A stretch of 64,000 nt of DNA from Azolla caroliniana. Lineage: Eukaryota > Plantae > Polypodiophyta. The notes under the pieces are model-generated. The model was not told the origin of the DNA, did no database searches, and worked only from the letters and a program-made list of their open reading frames with translations. Of this stretch, positions 1 through 13,749 are shown piece by piece. Location: the NCBI GenBank assembly GCA_043228905.1, contig JBHGNT010000013.1:6386001-6450000 (forward strand), read 5' to 3'. Every line of letters begins with the position of its first letter. Position 1 is the first letter of the stretch. Made by a program: the position numbers and the translations under genes.

Positions 1-2201
1 CGTCGTGAACCACATCAACGACTGCGAGAAGGTGCTGAAGAGGCTCGAAAACGCACGACTCACCTTATCCGGAGAAAAATCGGCGTTCGGGCAGTCGAAG
101 ATCTTGGTGGTCGGGCACCTGTGCGGGCCCTACGGTAGGAAGTCGTCTCCAGCAAAGATAGAGGCCATCTCAGCGATGAGGGACGATTGCGGGTCGGTCA
201 CAGAGGTCCGCAGATTCTTGGGAGCATGCGCGTTCTACCACATCTGGATTCCGCACTACGCGCATGTTGCGGAGCCTCTCTACGGGCTATTGAAAAAAGG
301 GCATGGGTTCGAGTGGAGGACGGAGCACACGGAGTCGGTCCGGAGACTAAAAGGGGCGCTTACGGTAGCGTCGGCCCTCCGTAAAGCGGTTTACAGCGAG
401 GGTGTCCCCATTTGCGTGACGGTGAACACGAGCCCGACCGGGATCGGGTGGGTAATCAATCAGGAGGACAAGGACGGCGTACGATTCCCGATCCGGTTCG
501 GGGCGAAGGTAATGAGTGAGCGGCAGCGAGGATACACCCAAGTTAAGCGCGAGCTTTGGGGTATCGTTTTAGCAGTCAAGGCCGACAAGAACTATCTGAT
601 CGGGACGGAGGTGATCATCGAGACAGACTGCCTGCCGATACTCAGCATGGTCTCCGGATGCACGACGCCGGACCTAGCAATGCTCCGGTGGATAGCGTAC
701 ATTAAGTCCCTGAACCCGGAGATACGGCACATCTCTGGAAAGGATAACGCCATGGCCGACATGCTTTTGAGAGCAAGGTTCAACGACGAAGACGGCATGG
801 CATGGTTTCGGATGACGAAGAAGTCGGCGAGGACTTCTTCGGGTCGGCTAATGTAACGACGAGGGGAAGGGACACTCCGGCGCTTAACGAATTTGACGAA
901 AGCAGGTACGACGGGGAGTGGCTCCAAATCGGGAGGTTCCTGCGGACGATGACGCCGGACGCAGCATGGACGAGAGAAGAGGCGAACCGGGTACGGAAGA
1001 AGGCGTACCGATTCTTCCTGCGGGACAAGTGCATATGGAGGCACCCAAAGAAGAGAAACGGTATCCTGCTCCGAGTAGTGGCAAAGAAAGAAGAACAGGA
1101 GGAACTACTGGTGGCATTTCATGAGAGTTCCTGGGCCGGGCACCGCGGAACGTGGGCCACATTCGAGAAGTTGAAGGAGAAGTACTGGTGGCCGGGGCTG
1201 TACCAAGACGTGCATCGGTTCGTAACGACTTGTGAAAGCTGTCAAATGCACTCTGTAGTCCGACATCGGGACGAGCTACACCCGACTTACCCGCCTGCGG
1301 TCCATTTCAAGTGGATGGTGGACTTGGTGACGATGCCGATGGGAGTAGGACAGATGTGATACCTGGTACTTGCGCGGGAAGACTTAACGAACCAGGTGGA
1401 AGGCCGTGCACTGCAGAACAAGACAACCGCGGTGGTATGCCGGTTCGGGATCGAAGAGCTAGTGTGTCGGTACGGGTGCATCGGGACCGGGGAGAGCTAG
1501 ATGCGCGAGAAGCTGAGGAGCTGTTCGACCGGTTGGGCGTCAAACTCTCCCTCACTACGGCGTACAATCCGGAGGCGAACGGGAAGGTAGATCGTGGGCA
1601 TGGGCCAATCATAAAGGAGTTGGTGCGTGCATGCGGAGGGCAGGTCGGGAATTGGCCACGGCTCCTTCCTTACGCACTATGGGCAGAGCTGATGTACGGA
1701 CAGAAGCCGATCATGATAGTAGAACGGACGGTTTCTTCATGGGCGGCGGTAGATTGGAAGGACGAGATGAGCCGGGAGGAGTTGCTGGCGGCGCGGATTC
1801 GGCAACTCGAGCAGAGGCCGGAGGACATAAAAAGGGCGAAGGAAAAGTTGCGGGTGGCAAGGGAGCGGAACAAGACCCGGTTCAACCAGACGCATCGGTT
1901 GCGGCCAAAGCAGATCGAGGAAGGCGACTGGGTCTTGGTGTACGACAACAACCTCGACAATCAGCACAAGGCGGTGCGAAAGTTTGCTAGGAGGTGGTTC
2001 GGGCCCTACACGGTGACGAGCGCGAACGACAATGGCACGTACCACCTCGGGGAACTCGACGGGACACGGTTAGCAGTGCCGGTGGCCGGGAAGCGGATCA
2101 AAGCGTTCAAGAAGCGGTTCGAAGACGAGCCGGAGCCTGTGGGCGTAAGCGACGACGACGATCAGTACGGTCCCGGCGGAGAATCGGAGAGCGACGAGTA
2201 A
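1..2201 (+). pseudogene. Ty3/Gypsy pol remnant (RT C-terminus, RNase H, integrase), frameshifted
   Basis: ORFs 5-856 (VRRFLGAC, IETDCLP, ISGKDNAMADML), 802-1359 (integrase H2C2: FHESSWAGHRG..CESCQ) and 1311-2201 (YNPEANG, WFGPY) lie in three frames. Confidence 0.9.
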
Positions 2202-2269
2202 AGCCAATTTTTTCGGTATTTGCCCGTCTCTGGCGCATGCCGCTGGATGCGCGGTTTGGTGGGGGTGGA

Positions 2270-2895
2270 TGTCGTGAAGAAAACCGGCCATAGGCGGAAT
2301 CGGACAAAAAGGCACATGAACCAGCTCTCACACGGATGGACACGTGAATTGATATTTTGATATTGATTCATAAATGCTAAGTAGTATATTAGGGGATTGT
2401 GCGTATCTCTGTCAGAAGGGATAGGGAATAAAGCGATTTGACTAGGGAGAAAGGGCACCCCCTTTTGGGAACTATTTAAGGAGAGGAGAGAACGGGAGAG
2501 AACAGAGGGCGCGTGGGCGAGGACGAGGTGTTGCTGCAGAACCGAGTGTCGGGCTTTCTCTCTCCTCAAATCGTCGTTCTCTGCGGGTGTCGGGAGTTCG
2601 CTGCCTCTGCATCGTGAACAGTCTGTGTGCTTCTAGCAGAGTATCTCTCCTTCCCCTTTCCCCTTTTGTTTCTTCGAGTCGTGTGGCTGTCGTCGGTGTG
2701 CATGAGTAGGACCCCATGTCGGGTCCATTACCGGGTTGTCGGTTGTAAACTATTGACTATAGTAATCAGATTCCTGTTTTCCTTGCTCTTAATATCTCTC
2801 TGTGTACTTGCATCTCTCTCTCTCTCTCTGTGTGCTTGGTCCGAGAACCCCGTGGTCCCGCCTCTTTCTTTACGCACGCGCGTAACAACGCGACA
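2270..2895 (+). mobile_element. 3' LTR of the Gypsy element at 1-2201
   Basis: Follows a G-rich PPT (2253-2269) and is bounded by inverted TGTCG...CGACA termini. Confidence 0.75.
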
Positions 2896-3672
2896 AATTT
2901 GGTTCAACAGACAGATTCGGAAGAACCGGATCAATTCAAGACCAAGAGGACGAGAAGGCAGCGAAAGTCGATGCCAACACGAAGGAATCGGTGAACCGGC
3001 ACGTGCCGAAGTCACAGTAGCGAGGGAGCTGAATTGGTCCTGTTGAGCAAACAAGCCGACCGAGGAGGTCGAGGTGTAAAGAACAAGAGGGGTTGCGGCA
3101 AACAGAACTGGACCGGACGAGGAATACGAGCAAGGCGGAGTGACGCCAGAAGGAGCCAGGTAGAACGACTGGTTGCCACAGACGTTGACACTACGACCGG
3201 ACCTCAAGTTAAGCTTGAGGGGGAGTGTTGAGCAGCAAGCCCAACTGGAGCCAGATCAGCTGGATAATCTTGAGCCGGTGAGCGAGACGGATCGGTGAGC
3301 CGGTGAGCGAGACGGATCGGTGAGCCGGTGAGCACCCGGTGAGCAAAAGAGCCAGTGAGTTGGGGAGCCGGTTAGCCGGATCCATCAGTAACCGGAAGCC
3401 TAGTAGCAGCTAGACTACTAGGGAGTTATTACTCTCGTAGTTAGTGTCAGACGCTCGAGTGAGCATTGAAGTACACCGTACTTCTGTCAGTCCGTACGGA
3501 CTTGAATAAAAGTGTTCACTGAACACATACGATGTACAGAGCGTTGATATAATTTTTTGAATAGAGATTCTTGTTCTCTCTCTCTGTCCTTCCCACGTAA
3601 TGTTAAGCTCTGCATTAAACCTGTTCTTTGTTTTCTGTTTTTTATTGCTTTCGCACGCTATTTGTTTTTACA
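2896..3672 (+). mobile_element. Copia 3' end: 3' UTR, PPT and 3' LTR (3226-~3672)
   Basis: CTTGAGGGGGAG|TGTTGAG at 3214-3232. The LTR resembles the one at 5093 (GAGCATT..AAGTAC, AAAAGTG.TCACTGA). A 25-bp repeat lies at ~3272-3340. Confidence 0.65.
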
Positions 3673-4972
3673 CGAAGGTTCCTCCATGGCTTCCGTCTTG
3701 GTGCCAAATTTGGGAGTTGTTGTCGTAAGTAGGACCTTGTCCGCCGCCTCGTCCTTGGCCGAATCGGCCTCTTGCTCAGCCGCGTCCTCTTACTCCATTC
3801 GAATGTGTGTAGAGCATGTGGCCTTCCGAGGCTTTGCTCCTTGTTCGAACAGGATTCTCTTCAACCAATAACATAGATTGAAGATCAAAGAAAGAGGGAG
3901 GATTTTCCCTTGCTAGGACGGCGGTTCTCATTGAGCCGAACCGTGGTGCAAGGCCGACGAGGCATATTTGCACCATCTCATCATCATCCACATTGACGCT
4001 TATTGAGCTGAACTAGTCAAAAAGCTCCTTGATCCTCAAGGTGTAGCTTGTGATGGACATGTCTCGTTGTTGGATGTTGTTCAACTCTTGGCGGAGTTGA
4101 AGATTCCTCGCGGTCGTGTTGGCAGTGAAAATCTTTCGTAGATTTTCCCACGCTTCCTTCGGTGTCTCGGCTTCTCGAATGTAACTGAGCATGTGGTCGT
4201 GAACACATGTCGCCAAGCAATACATTACTCGACTTGCCGCTTGCTCCCATGTTGAGTAGTCGGCATCTTCCGGGTCGGGTCGGTTTTCTTGTGCTCCCTT
4301 GATGTAACCCCAATAGCCTTGGCCGACAAGGTATTATTGGTGCAACTTGTACTCCCAAGATGCGAAGTTGTTTCGGTCCAATTTCTCGCTAGGGAGAGCG
4401 CACACCATTTGAGTATTCATGGTGTTCGATGTAGATTTCTTCCTTCTTCTTCTCTCTTGACGACGAGTTATGTAATCGCACTACCATAGCGATGAGCCGG
4501 TTCTTCTTGAACGTCTGCGTAGAGCTCAACACACGTGGATGGGCTAGATGGAGCTACCAAACCGCTCTGATACTATGTTAAGAATCGGTGGTGATTCTTG
4601 ACAGCGGAATAGACTAGAGATATGTGTTGTGAGTGTGTGTGTGTGTGTGTATGTATGAGAGAGAGAGAGAAACACAAGATAGATAGATTTAAACAAAAAT
4701 AGAATACTCAAGACAATGTATATTACAAAGGAGATTAACCAGACTTGTTAGAAAGTAGGAGGAGAGTGCTTTATATAGTCACTCTCTCTCTTTATTAACT
4801 ACCGAAGCTCATGGTTCATGGGGAATGTCAAAGCTCATTAGTTATGTGTCATAGAATATGATTCTATGACACATAGTTAATGTGTGGATAAGAGTGGTGA
4901 CTTTTGACCTTTGAGTGCAAATTCTCAAGGGTGTGTTCACACACTAGAATAGGTTGAGCTTGATTCTCAATA
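3673..4972 (-). mobile_element. Decayed Copia 5' part: LTR 4576-4972, PBS(Met-i) 4564-4575, gag remnant
   Basis: GCTCTGATACTA is the reverse complement of a PBS with one mismatch. Gag fragments (AWENLRKIF..QLRQEL; DDEMVQICL) are homologous to 5566-5973. The LTR resembles the one at 33700. Confidence 0.8.
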
Positions 4973-5394
4973 GTAGAACTAGTCATTTAGGTACTTTTCT
5001 CCTTTGGCACATGCCACATCATGACACCAGCTACTTAGTCTTTTACCTTCGTATGTTATATGTACTAAAGAAAACAGAGACCATAAAGATATTGTTGAGA
5101 GACAAGTTCAACATGGGCCTATTCGGTTGAAGAAGCCGAGAACCAAGAACCGAGGACCGAGGGTCATGAGCCGAGTAGGAAGGACTCCAAAAGGCCGTTG
5201 AGCGTCTATATTCCTACTATAGTAAATAGGAATATTGTAGACAGATTTAGTGTCAAGCTCATTTATGAGCATTCAAGTACCGATGGTACTTGTGTCAACC
5301 CACTCGTTAGGGGCCTGTATAAAAAGTGCTCACTGAGCACAACGTATGTACAGAGTGTTCATTATTCGAAATAGAAGTTGTTGTCTACTCTCTT

Positions 5395-5441
<47 letters not shown>

Positions 5442-6697
5442 CACCATTCTCCTTTGTATTCTTTTCATGTTATCAGAATGTGACAGTTGAGACTCCTCTA
5501 CAGCTGATAGAAAAGCAAGTGCCCAAGACAAAGTCAAGTTTCTCGTTTTTCGGAAAAGGAAAGACATGAACATGGAGAGAGGAATGGGAAGCTCGCTTCT
5601 GACTAAAAAGCTCGATAAGAGAAACTATGCATCTTGGTTGTGCAAGATGCACCAGTACTTGCTCAGGCACGGTTACTGGAGTTATGTCGAAGGAGCTAAT
5701 GATGTAGCACCCGAATCAACACACAAAGATTTGCCGGCCTGGGAACAGGCGACAAGTAGAGTTCTCTACTGCATTGCATCTTGTGTGAGCTAACAATGTT
5801 TGAGCTACATTCGGGGTTTTAGGACACTGAAGGATGCTTGGGGAAATCTAAAGAAGATTTTCGTCGCGAGCACCACAACCAGAAAGCTTCAGCTCAAACA
5901 GGAGTTGCGTAACGTCCGACAAAGAGACATGTCGGTTGCTGACTACACCTCCAAGATCAAGGAGATCTGTGACTGTTACGGGCATGACCATATAATATCC
6001 CGTGGTGAGAATTGTCGTAGTATTCTATACACGTGGATAAGTGTGAGGGTTAAACAAAGAGTCTAAAGAAGGGGAGGATTACTTTTAATCCTCGGGATTG
6101 AGACAACCCATGAGGCCAAGTGTGAACATGGCTGGGGGCCTTGAGAATTACTATAAATAAGAGGCCTAGCTACCCTCATTTGATCATGCATTGACTACGT
6201 CGAGACTCTGTCCGTGAGTGGAACGACTCTTGTAGCAAGCGCGCTATCATCCAGGTACGACTCGACGCCAAGGCGGTGGTATGGGACGCCGATCGAGGCT
6301 CGAGTCCGTCTCGATCCCTTCGCTCGGGGGTGGTCGGGTGGATCGGCACCCTTCTTTCTCTCTTTTCTCTCTATTCTTTCTAGATCTATCATTGATATAT
6401 CCTTATTTTATGCTTACTTTAGTACCTAATCTCTAATATTTGGTATCAGAGCTCATGTACTAACGTTTCTTTTGGTTTTCTTTTTGTCTTCGCGTGGGAT
6501 GGCGATTGATCGTTGTGCGGTCGCCTTCATGCAGACAAGGATTAGCGAAAGAACTTCGGTAAATTATCCTTAATTTTTTATCTAATTTTTCTTCTCCCTT
6601 CTATACATGTGTATACTTAATATGTAGTTTTTTTTTCATATATTCAATGATGTTGACGTGGTATTTAATTGGTTATCTTAAACGTTTACATATGTCC

Positions 6698-6941
6698 ACG
6701 AGGTCAATACCTCGTTTGACATATAAATCATTTGTGATGAGTGTCGTATGCATACGAGGTTACTACCTCAATTGCGTATTACGTTCACGAACATATGTTA
6801 CGTTCGCGTACGAGGTCAATACCTCGATTCGTTCGAAATGATATGCGTTGGATTTACTATGCGTAAGAGGTCAATACCTCAATTGCGAATTACGCTTAAC
6901 CTTATTTTCGGATGTTTCGTGTGCGTAGAGGTATATGCCTC
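6698..6941 (+). repeat. Five GAGGT-N4-ACCTC stem-loops at ~56-bp spacing in the chromovirus leader
   Basis: GAGGT copies at 6700, 6756, 6812, 6867 and 6928. Confidence 0.8.
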
Positions 6942-8050
6942 GATTACGTATCCCGAATACATCATTGTTGGCTATATAAAAAAAAACGATTCATTTAGTA
7001 TACGCATATGTGGTCACTTATATACGTCTCTGATCGTATATATGTGATAAATGGACATATGTGTATATTTTAGATTACGTGATTCATATCAAATGTTTTC
7101 CTACTTGGGGAGAGGATTTTGGTGGCCGTCCTCACATTTTTGTGAGAATGGCGTTGTCACCATCCCTTTTATCAACAATTTTTATTGTTGAAATTCCCGT
7201 TGGTCACTTTGATATTTCGTTACGTAACGAACCTCGTATAGCCAAAATGATGTTGAATACGTCGGGCTTGATCCACATCAAGTAGGGTCGCTCTAATGAC
7301 ACACGTATCCAACATCTCCCCTCGTTACATGGATACGATGCCACCATGAGCTCGTTCTTACGAGTGGCATTCGTAATGACGTGACCATGTGATGGGCCAC
7401 ATGAGCCTACGAAGACACAAGGGCTCATTCGGCTTGACCATTAGGTTACACTTTGGCATATGCCATCGTAATTACGAGGCTTGAGGTTAGGTAGCGTACA
7501 ACCATAGTGGGTAATAAATGAGGGAGAAATAAGGCCACTTGACCTATATGTTTCTTTTAAACAAAAAACATATAGGGGCAAATGCCTCGCATATCTCGAA
7601 TACGCCTCAAACATTAAACATTCAAGACGCGCAATCTACTTGGTTGGCTCAAGTGTTTAATGTATTTGTCCTCGAGGTCTCGAGTTCAAATATGACCAAC
7701 ACCATACAACATCGTTGATACATATGACTATAATACATGTTTAGACTTTAGGTCTAAGTGCACTTCGGGGTCCTCGTAATAGGACTTAAAGAGCCGAAAC
7801 CACATATGTGGGCACAGAAACATAGTTTATTGTTAACATTTTTTTCGTGTATAAACTATTCATGACGCGAACATACATGGTTGAGCCTCGGGGAGCCGCC
7901 ATGAAAAAAATCGATATAGAGATCAGGGAAAGCCATTCATTTGTCACCCCCATGGTTTTTAAAACACCTCTGTGTTACCATAGTAACCTGATCTTGAACC
8001 TCATCTCATACGTCTAGAGGGGTATTGACGTGAGATCATGATATCGATTA

Positions 8051-11000
8051 ATGTTTGCCCATGATATGTTTACACCACGACAAGATGTTATGACTATTTG
8101 TCTGACCTTATCTTATTTCTTTGCCAGAAATAATCATTCAATGGCTCAGAATAACGACCCGATGCCCTCCGCTCAAGCGGAAAGAACTCAAGGAAATCCT
8201 CCTGGGACAATGTCCATTGAGGCGTATATTTTACAAGTACAACATTTCCTAAGTTCAACCGCGCAGCAGTTGACCGAATTTCGGCAATCTCAAAGTGCTC
8301 TCGAGGCACGAGTCATTAGTCTCCAAAATGAGATTAATAGACCTGATGAGCGTCAGGGTGAACCATCATTTGTCGTAAAGCCATTTACGGGAGATAAAAA
8401 GGAAAGAACCGAAGAAGCAATCTGCACGTGGCTGGGCCGATGGGAGTCTCATTTTGAGCTCTATCCCACGCCAGATAGTACGAAGATTGCATATGTCGGC
8501 CGAGAACTAGGGGGTAAGGCCGCCGCTTGGTGGCGTGGGCTCCGAACTTTGGGGAGATTGCCCGAGACCTGGACAGACTTTGTCACAGTTTTCAAGGGTC
8601 AATTTCTACAACCTCCCTCTCGAACCGAGGCAGCACAAGCTTTAATGAACCTCTCTAGCAGGAAGTTTTCCTCGCTAGAAGACTATGTCCACCATGCTAG
8701 AACCCAAATCCAAAAATCGGGTCTAGAAGGGGACAATTGGTTAATAGCTTGTTTTGTCAATGGCATCCCCAATTCGGACTATCACTGGATAGTGCACGAT
8801 AAGGATCCAAAATCCTTCGAAGAGGCCGTTGAGATAGTTCTTCGCTATCAACGCACTTCGAAGAAGGACCATAACAAACCCAACGAAGCGCCCGGGACTA
8901 ACCAGTCGCAATTCGTTGGGAAACGCAAGACACCCAACGAATTCATGGATCGCGATTATAAGCGACAACATCCTTTTTGCGTATTCTGCAAAAAGAAGGG
9001 TCATACAAAAGAGCAATGTCGTAAGCTCCAACGAAAAGAGCACGACGCCAAACCTAAAGCTACAGACCATAAAGGTCAGATTCCTAATGTCCTTCAGGTC
9101 TATACACATCATTTGAGTAATTGTCAATGTTCTTTCCCTCATTATGTATTGGGTCCCAATGATTTACTACGTGCAAACGGGTATATCAATGGATCTCCCG
9201 TACAATTTTTATTTGATTCGGGAAGCTCACACAATTTTGTGAATGATCGTTTGGTACAGATATGGGGAATCCAACCCACCGTAAGTGATCACACCTACAC
9301 GGTGCACTTGGCTGATGGAAGAGTACAACACATCAACGGGGCGATTCATTCTTTAGGAATTTCTATTGATACCTATATAGAGGAAGTAGACTTCCATGTA
9401 ATGAATCTTAGTACCACCGATGTAATACTGGGTTATCCCTGGTTTTATAATAAAAGCTCTTCTTTATTTATTGATTGGGTTCGCCATTCCATTTCTTTTG
9501 TACTCAACGATTGTACGTATTTTATTCAATGTGTAAAAAAACAATCCCTCTCGATTGTTTCCTCGTGTCCATCAATATCCGAGTTGTCTTGTTCTACGTT
9601 ATTTTATTGTGTACTTGATCCGGACATTCACGTTTACAATATCGATAATGTCTCGGGTCAATTAACATATTTTGAACAAAAACAACTTGATGAAATCGTA
9701 AACGATTTTCGTGATGTTTTTCCGAGTGAACTACCCGATGGTTTACCTCCTAAACGTAATATAGACCATCGTATAGATATTGTACCTGGCATTGCACCCA
9801 TTAGTATACCTCCGTATCGCCTAAGTCGATCTGAAGAGGATGAGGTAGCTAAGCAACTTAAGGACTATTTACGAATGGGTTATATACGTTATAGTAAATC
9901 TCCATGGGGTGCACCAGTTCTCTTGGTTAAAAAGAAAGAGGGCACATGGCGTATGTGTATTAATTACCGACGCTTGAATAAAGTGACGATCAAGAATTCG
10001 TACCCATTGCCCCGGGCTGACGATCTAATTGACCGTCTCCAGGGAGCTCGGTATTTTACGAAACTTGATCTCCGTACTGGCTACCATCAAATACGAATAA
10101 GTGAGGACGATGTTCCTAAAACAGCATTTCGTACGCGCTACGGCCATTATGAGTTTTTGGTTATGCCTTTTGGTTTGACCAATGCTCCGGCTACATTTCA
10201 ACAAGAAATGAATGACATTTTCCGAGAACAACTTGGAAAATTTGTCGTTATCTTCTTAGATGATATTTTAGTTTATAGCCGTACATTGCAAGAACATGCT
10301 AGACATGTCCGCTTTGTTTTACAAATATTGCGTGACAAACAATTTTACGCGAAGATCTCAAAATGTGAGTTCTTCAAGAAATCAATTACTTATCTTGGAC
10401 ATCTCATAACCGAACGAGGAGTTGAAATTGATCCTTCTCGCATCGAGAAAATCAAGCTTTGGCCCACTCTTCGGAATATTCGAGAAGTTCGATCATTCCT
10501 TGGTTTTGTCGGATTTTTGCGAAAATCTCTTCGTAATTACTCACAATTGACGACGCCGTTTACTGATCTTCTAAAAGGTCAAACGCGTAAGTCTACAAAA
10601 CCTATTGTGTGGAATGCTACACTAGACCTCGCCTTTAAGGAACTCAAGGACTTGGTATGCAAGGCTCCTTCACTTCTTTTACCCGATCCTTCAAAACCTT
10701 TTGAGGTTGAAACCGACGCAAGCGATTATGCTATAGGTGCTGTCTTGTATCAAGATGGTAAAACAATAGCATTCGAGAGTAAGAAACTTGATTCTGCTCA
10801 ATGTCGGTATACCGTTCAAGAAAAGGAATTATTTGCGGTTATACATGCGCTCAAAACATGGTGCCATTATCTTTATGGAAATCGCTTTGTGGTAACTACG
10901 GACCACGAGTCCTTGAAATATTTTTGTGACCAACAAGACCTGAAAGGTCGTAAGGCACGATGGGCTGATCTCATCCAGGACTTTGATTTTTCCATACGAT

Positions 11001-12574
11001 ATCGTAAAGGTTCCATGAATACTGTCGCTGATGCACTAAGTCGCATCCGTGAAGTTAACATGCTTAGCTTCACTGAAATAACATCAGATCTTTATGATCA
11101 CCTTCGAGGAAAGTATCCTGATGACAATTATTTTGCAAAATACTGGGCAAGAGTCGAGTCTGGAACAGACACCACCACACCCTCGAAGGAATACTTCCAC
11201 ATTGCTAACGGTCTGCTCTACCGTAATGGGAAGGTTTGTGTTCCAGATTTGCCTGAGGTCAAAAAGAGAATTCTTTTTGAATGCCATGATGCACCCTCAG
11301 CAGGGCACCCTGGAATACATCGTACACTCGTTCTCATCTCCACTCAATTTTATTGGCCTAAGATGCGTCCTGACATACATAGCTATGTGACTAAATGTCA
11401 CCAATGTCAGGTTAACAAAGCCGAGCGACTTAAAGCCGCAGGACTTTTACATCCCTTGGACATTCCCAATAATAAGTGGGAAAGTATATCCATGGATTTT
11501 ATTGTTAGCCTTCCTCGCACCCAAAAAGGTCATGATGCCATATGGGTTGTGGTTGACAGACTAACTAAAATGGCCAGATTTATTGCTACTAAAACCACGG
11601 TAACAGCTCCTGAATTGGCTTACCAATTCGTTGATGAGTTATTTCGTTTTTACGGGTTACCGATGGATATCGTGAGTGACCGAGATCCGAAGTTTACTAG
11701 TGACTTCTGGACGCAAGTCTTTAAGAAGTTAGAAACTACGTTGAGCATGAGCTCCACGGATCATCCTCAATCCGATGGACAGACAGAACGAGTAAATCAA
11801 ATTATTGAGGACATGCTTCGAGCATACGTTGGTGCAAAACCAACAAGATGGGAACGTTACCTCCCAATTTTGGAGTTTGCTTATAACAGCTCCAAGCATA
11901 CGTCGACGAGATATAGTCCTTTTATGTTGATGTATGGATTTCAGCCACGAGCCCCGATTGATGTTAATATACATCATGATGAGTTGCGAAGTACTCAAAA
12001 CTTTCTTCGCGATATGCAAGATATGTTGCATATTGCACGGGATAATATAAAAACAGCTCAGGATAGAGCGCGTTTTTATGCCGATCATCATAGGCAACCT
12101 CGTGTATTCAGCCCTGGACAGAAGATATTTTTACGTGTACCTCACAATTCTAAGACATTGTCTACGGGTAAGTGCGCTAAGTTAGCCCCACGGTTTTGTG
12201 GACCTTTTACAGTCCTCAAACGCATTGGATCATCAGCCTATCGTCTCGCTCTTCCCGATGGTGTTGGAATCCATCCAGTCTTTCATGTAAGTCGTCTAAA
12301 AGAACTTCTAGGTTCTGGCGACAATACAGTTACAACTGAAACTCTAGTTACTTCTGAAGATTTATCTTCTAAACCACATGTACCAGAAAGAATTCTCGAT
12401 GTTAAAACAAAAAAATTACGTACTAAGGAAATCCGAGAATTTAAAATAAAATGGATGGATAAATCAATCAAAGATGCCACATGGGAACGCGAAACGACTC
12501 TAACAACTAACTTTCCTAACTTTCCATTGCAAGAGTGCAATGTTTTAAAGAGGGGGAGTATGTTACGGGCATGA
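8051..12574 (+). CDS. Gag-Pol polyprotein (GAG, CCHC, PR, RT, RH, INT, chromodomain)
   Basis: Uninterrupted 1507-aa ORF with [60 protein letters not shown] and PERILD..IKW...ATWE. The true start may be the ATG at 8142. Confidence 0.95.
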   Translation: MFAHDMFTPRQDVMTICLTLSYFFARNNHSMAQNNDPMPSAQAERTQGNPPGTMSIEAYILQVQHFLSSTAQQLTEFRQSQSALEARVISLQNEINRPDERQGEPSFVVKPFTGDKKERTEEAICTWLGRWESHFELYPTPDSTKIAYVGRELGGKAAAWWRGLRTLGRLPETWTDFVTVFKGQFLQPPSRTEAAQALMNLSSRKFSSLEDYVHHARTQIQKSGLEGDNWLIACFVNGIPNSDYHWIVHDKDPKSFEEAVEIVLRYQRTSKKDHNKPNEAPGTNQSQFVGKRKTPNEFMDRDYKRQHPFCVFCKKKGHTKEQCRKLQRKEHDAKPKATDHKGQIPNVLQVYTHHLSNCQCSFPHYVLGPNDLLRANGYINGSPVQFLFDSGSSHNFVNDRLVQIWGIQPTVSDHTYTVHLADGRVQHINGAIHSLGISIDTYIEEVDFHVMNLSTTDVILGYPWFYNKSSSLFIDWVRHSISFVLNDCTYFIQCVKKQSLSIVSSCPSISELSCSTLFYCVLDPDIHVYNIDNVSGQLTYFEQKQLDEIVNDFRDVFPSELPDGLPPKRNIDHRIDIVPGIAPISIPPYRLSRSEEDEVAKQLKDYLRMGYIRYSKSPWGAPVLLVKKKEGTWRMCINYRRLNKVTIKNSYPLPRADDLIDRLQGARYFTKLDLRTGYHQIRISEDDVPKTAFRTRYGHYEFLVMPFGLTNAPATFQQEMNDIFREQLGKFVVIFLDDILVYSRTLQEHARHVRFVLQILRDKQFYAKISKCEFFKKSITYLGHLITERGVEIDPSRIEKIKLWPTLRNIREVRSFLGFVGFLRKSLRNYSQLTTPFTDLLKGQTRKSTKPIVWNATLDLAFKELKDLVCKAPSLLLPDPSKPFEVETDASDYAIGAVLYQDGKTIAFESKKLDSAQCRYTVQEKELFAVIHALKTWCHYLYGNRFVVTTDHESLKYFCDQQDLKGRKARWADLIQDFDFSIRYRKGSMNTVADALSRIREVNMLSFTEITSDLYDHLRGKYPDDNYFAKYWARVESGTDTTTPSKEYFHIANGLLYRNGKVCVPDLPEVKKRILFECHDAPSAGHPGIHRTLVLISTQFYWPKMRPDIHSYVTKCHQCQVNKAERLKAAGLLHPLDIPNNKWESISMDFIVSLPRTQKGHDAIWVVVDRLTKMARFIATKTTVTAPELAYQFVDELFRFYGLPMDIVSDRDPKFTSDFWTQVFKKLETTLSMSSTDHPQSDGQTERVNQIIEDMLRAYVGAKPTRWERYLPILEFAYNSSKHTSTRYSPFMLMYGFQPRAPIDVNIHHDELRSTQNFLRDMQDMLHIARDNIKTAQDRARFYADHHRQPRVFSPGQKIFLRVPHNSKTLSTGKCAKLAPRFCGPFTVLKRIGSSAYRLALPDGVGIHPVFHVSRLKELLGSGDNTVTTETLVTSEDLSSKPHVPERILDVKTKKLRTKEIREFKIKWMDKSIKDATWERETTLTTNFPNFPLQECNVLKRGSMLRA

Positions 12575-13275
12575 CCATATAATATCCCGTGGTGAGAATT
12601 GTCGTAGTATTCTATACACGTGGATAAGTGTGAGGGTTAAACAAAGAGTCTAAAGAAGGGGAGGATTACTTTTAATCCTCGGGATTGAGACAACCCATGA
12701 GGCCAAGTGTGAACATGGCTGGGGGCCTTGAGAATTACTATAAATAAGAGGCCTAGCTACCCTCATTTGATCATGCATTGACTACGTCGAGACTCTGTCC
12801 GTGAGTGGAACGACTCTTGTAGCAAGCGCGCTATCATCCAGGTACGACTCGACGCCAAGGCGGTGGTATGGGACGCCGATCGAGGCTCGAGTCCGTCTCG
12901 ATCCCTTCGCTCGGGGGTGGTCGGGTGGATCGGCACCCTTCTTTCTCTCTTTTCTCTCTATTCTTTCTAGATCTATCATTGATATATCCTTATTTTATGC
13001 TTACTTTAGTACCTAATCTCTAATAGTGACTCTCTCACTTTCGTCAACGTGAACGTTGAGGAGGACGAAATGGTGCAGGTTTGCCTCGGAGGGTTGGCTT
13101 CAAAGTTCGGAGCATTCCGAACAGCGGTCTGCAAGAGGGAGAATATGGCTTCGTTTTTCGAGTTACAATCGATGTTGCTCGTCGAAGAAAACCACTCGAG
13201 TGTGTCGACGAGTATGCACAACAACAGCAAAATGTTGTACACGGAGGCAGATTAGCCTCGTGTTCGTGATGGATG

Positions 13276-13749
13276 AGGCGACAAGCAGAGTTCTCTACTG
13301 CATTGCATCTTGTGTGAGCTAACAATGTTTGAGCTACATTCGGATTTTAGGACACTGAAGGATGCTTGGGGAAATCTAAAGAAGATTTTCGTCGTGAGCA
13401 CCACAACCAGAAAGCTTCAGCTCAGACAGGAGTTGCGCAACGTCCGACAAAGAGACATGTCGGTTGCTGACTACACCTCCAAGATCAAGGAGATCTGTGA
13501 CTCTCTCACTTCCGTCAACGTGAACGTTGAGGAGGACGAAATGGTGCAGGTTTGCCTCGAAGGGTTGGCGTCAAAGTTTGGAGCATTCCGAACAACGGTC
13601 TGCAAGAGGGAGAATATGCCTTCGTTTTTCGAGCTACAATCGATGTTGCTCGTCGAAGAAAACCACTCGAGTGTGTCGACGAATATGCACAACAACAGCA
13701 AAATGTTGTACACGGAGGCAGATCAGCCTCGTGTTCGTGGTGGATGAGG
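13276..13749 (+). repeat. 471-bp tandem duplication within the host Copia gag
   Basis: Repeats ~5747-5973 plus 13031-13275 and carries the empty insertion site GTGAC at 13497-13501. Confidence 0.9.

Larger units (their letters stand above)
5974..13025 (+). mobile_element. Intact Ty3/Gypsy chromovirus
   Basis: 465-bp LTRs at 5974-6438 and 12561-13025 look identical by eye. TSD GTGAC at 5969-5973 and 13026-13030. PBS TGGTATCAGAGC at 6441-6452. PPT AAAGAGGGGGAG at 12547-12558. Confidence 0.97.

Noticed and set aside
6195-6429. Identical small ORFs repeated at 12782-13016
   Set aside because: They simply reflect the two LTR copies.
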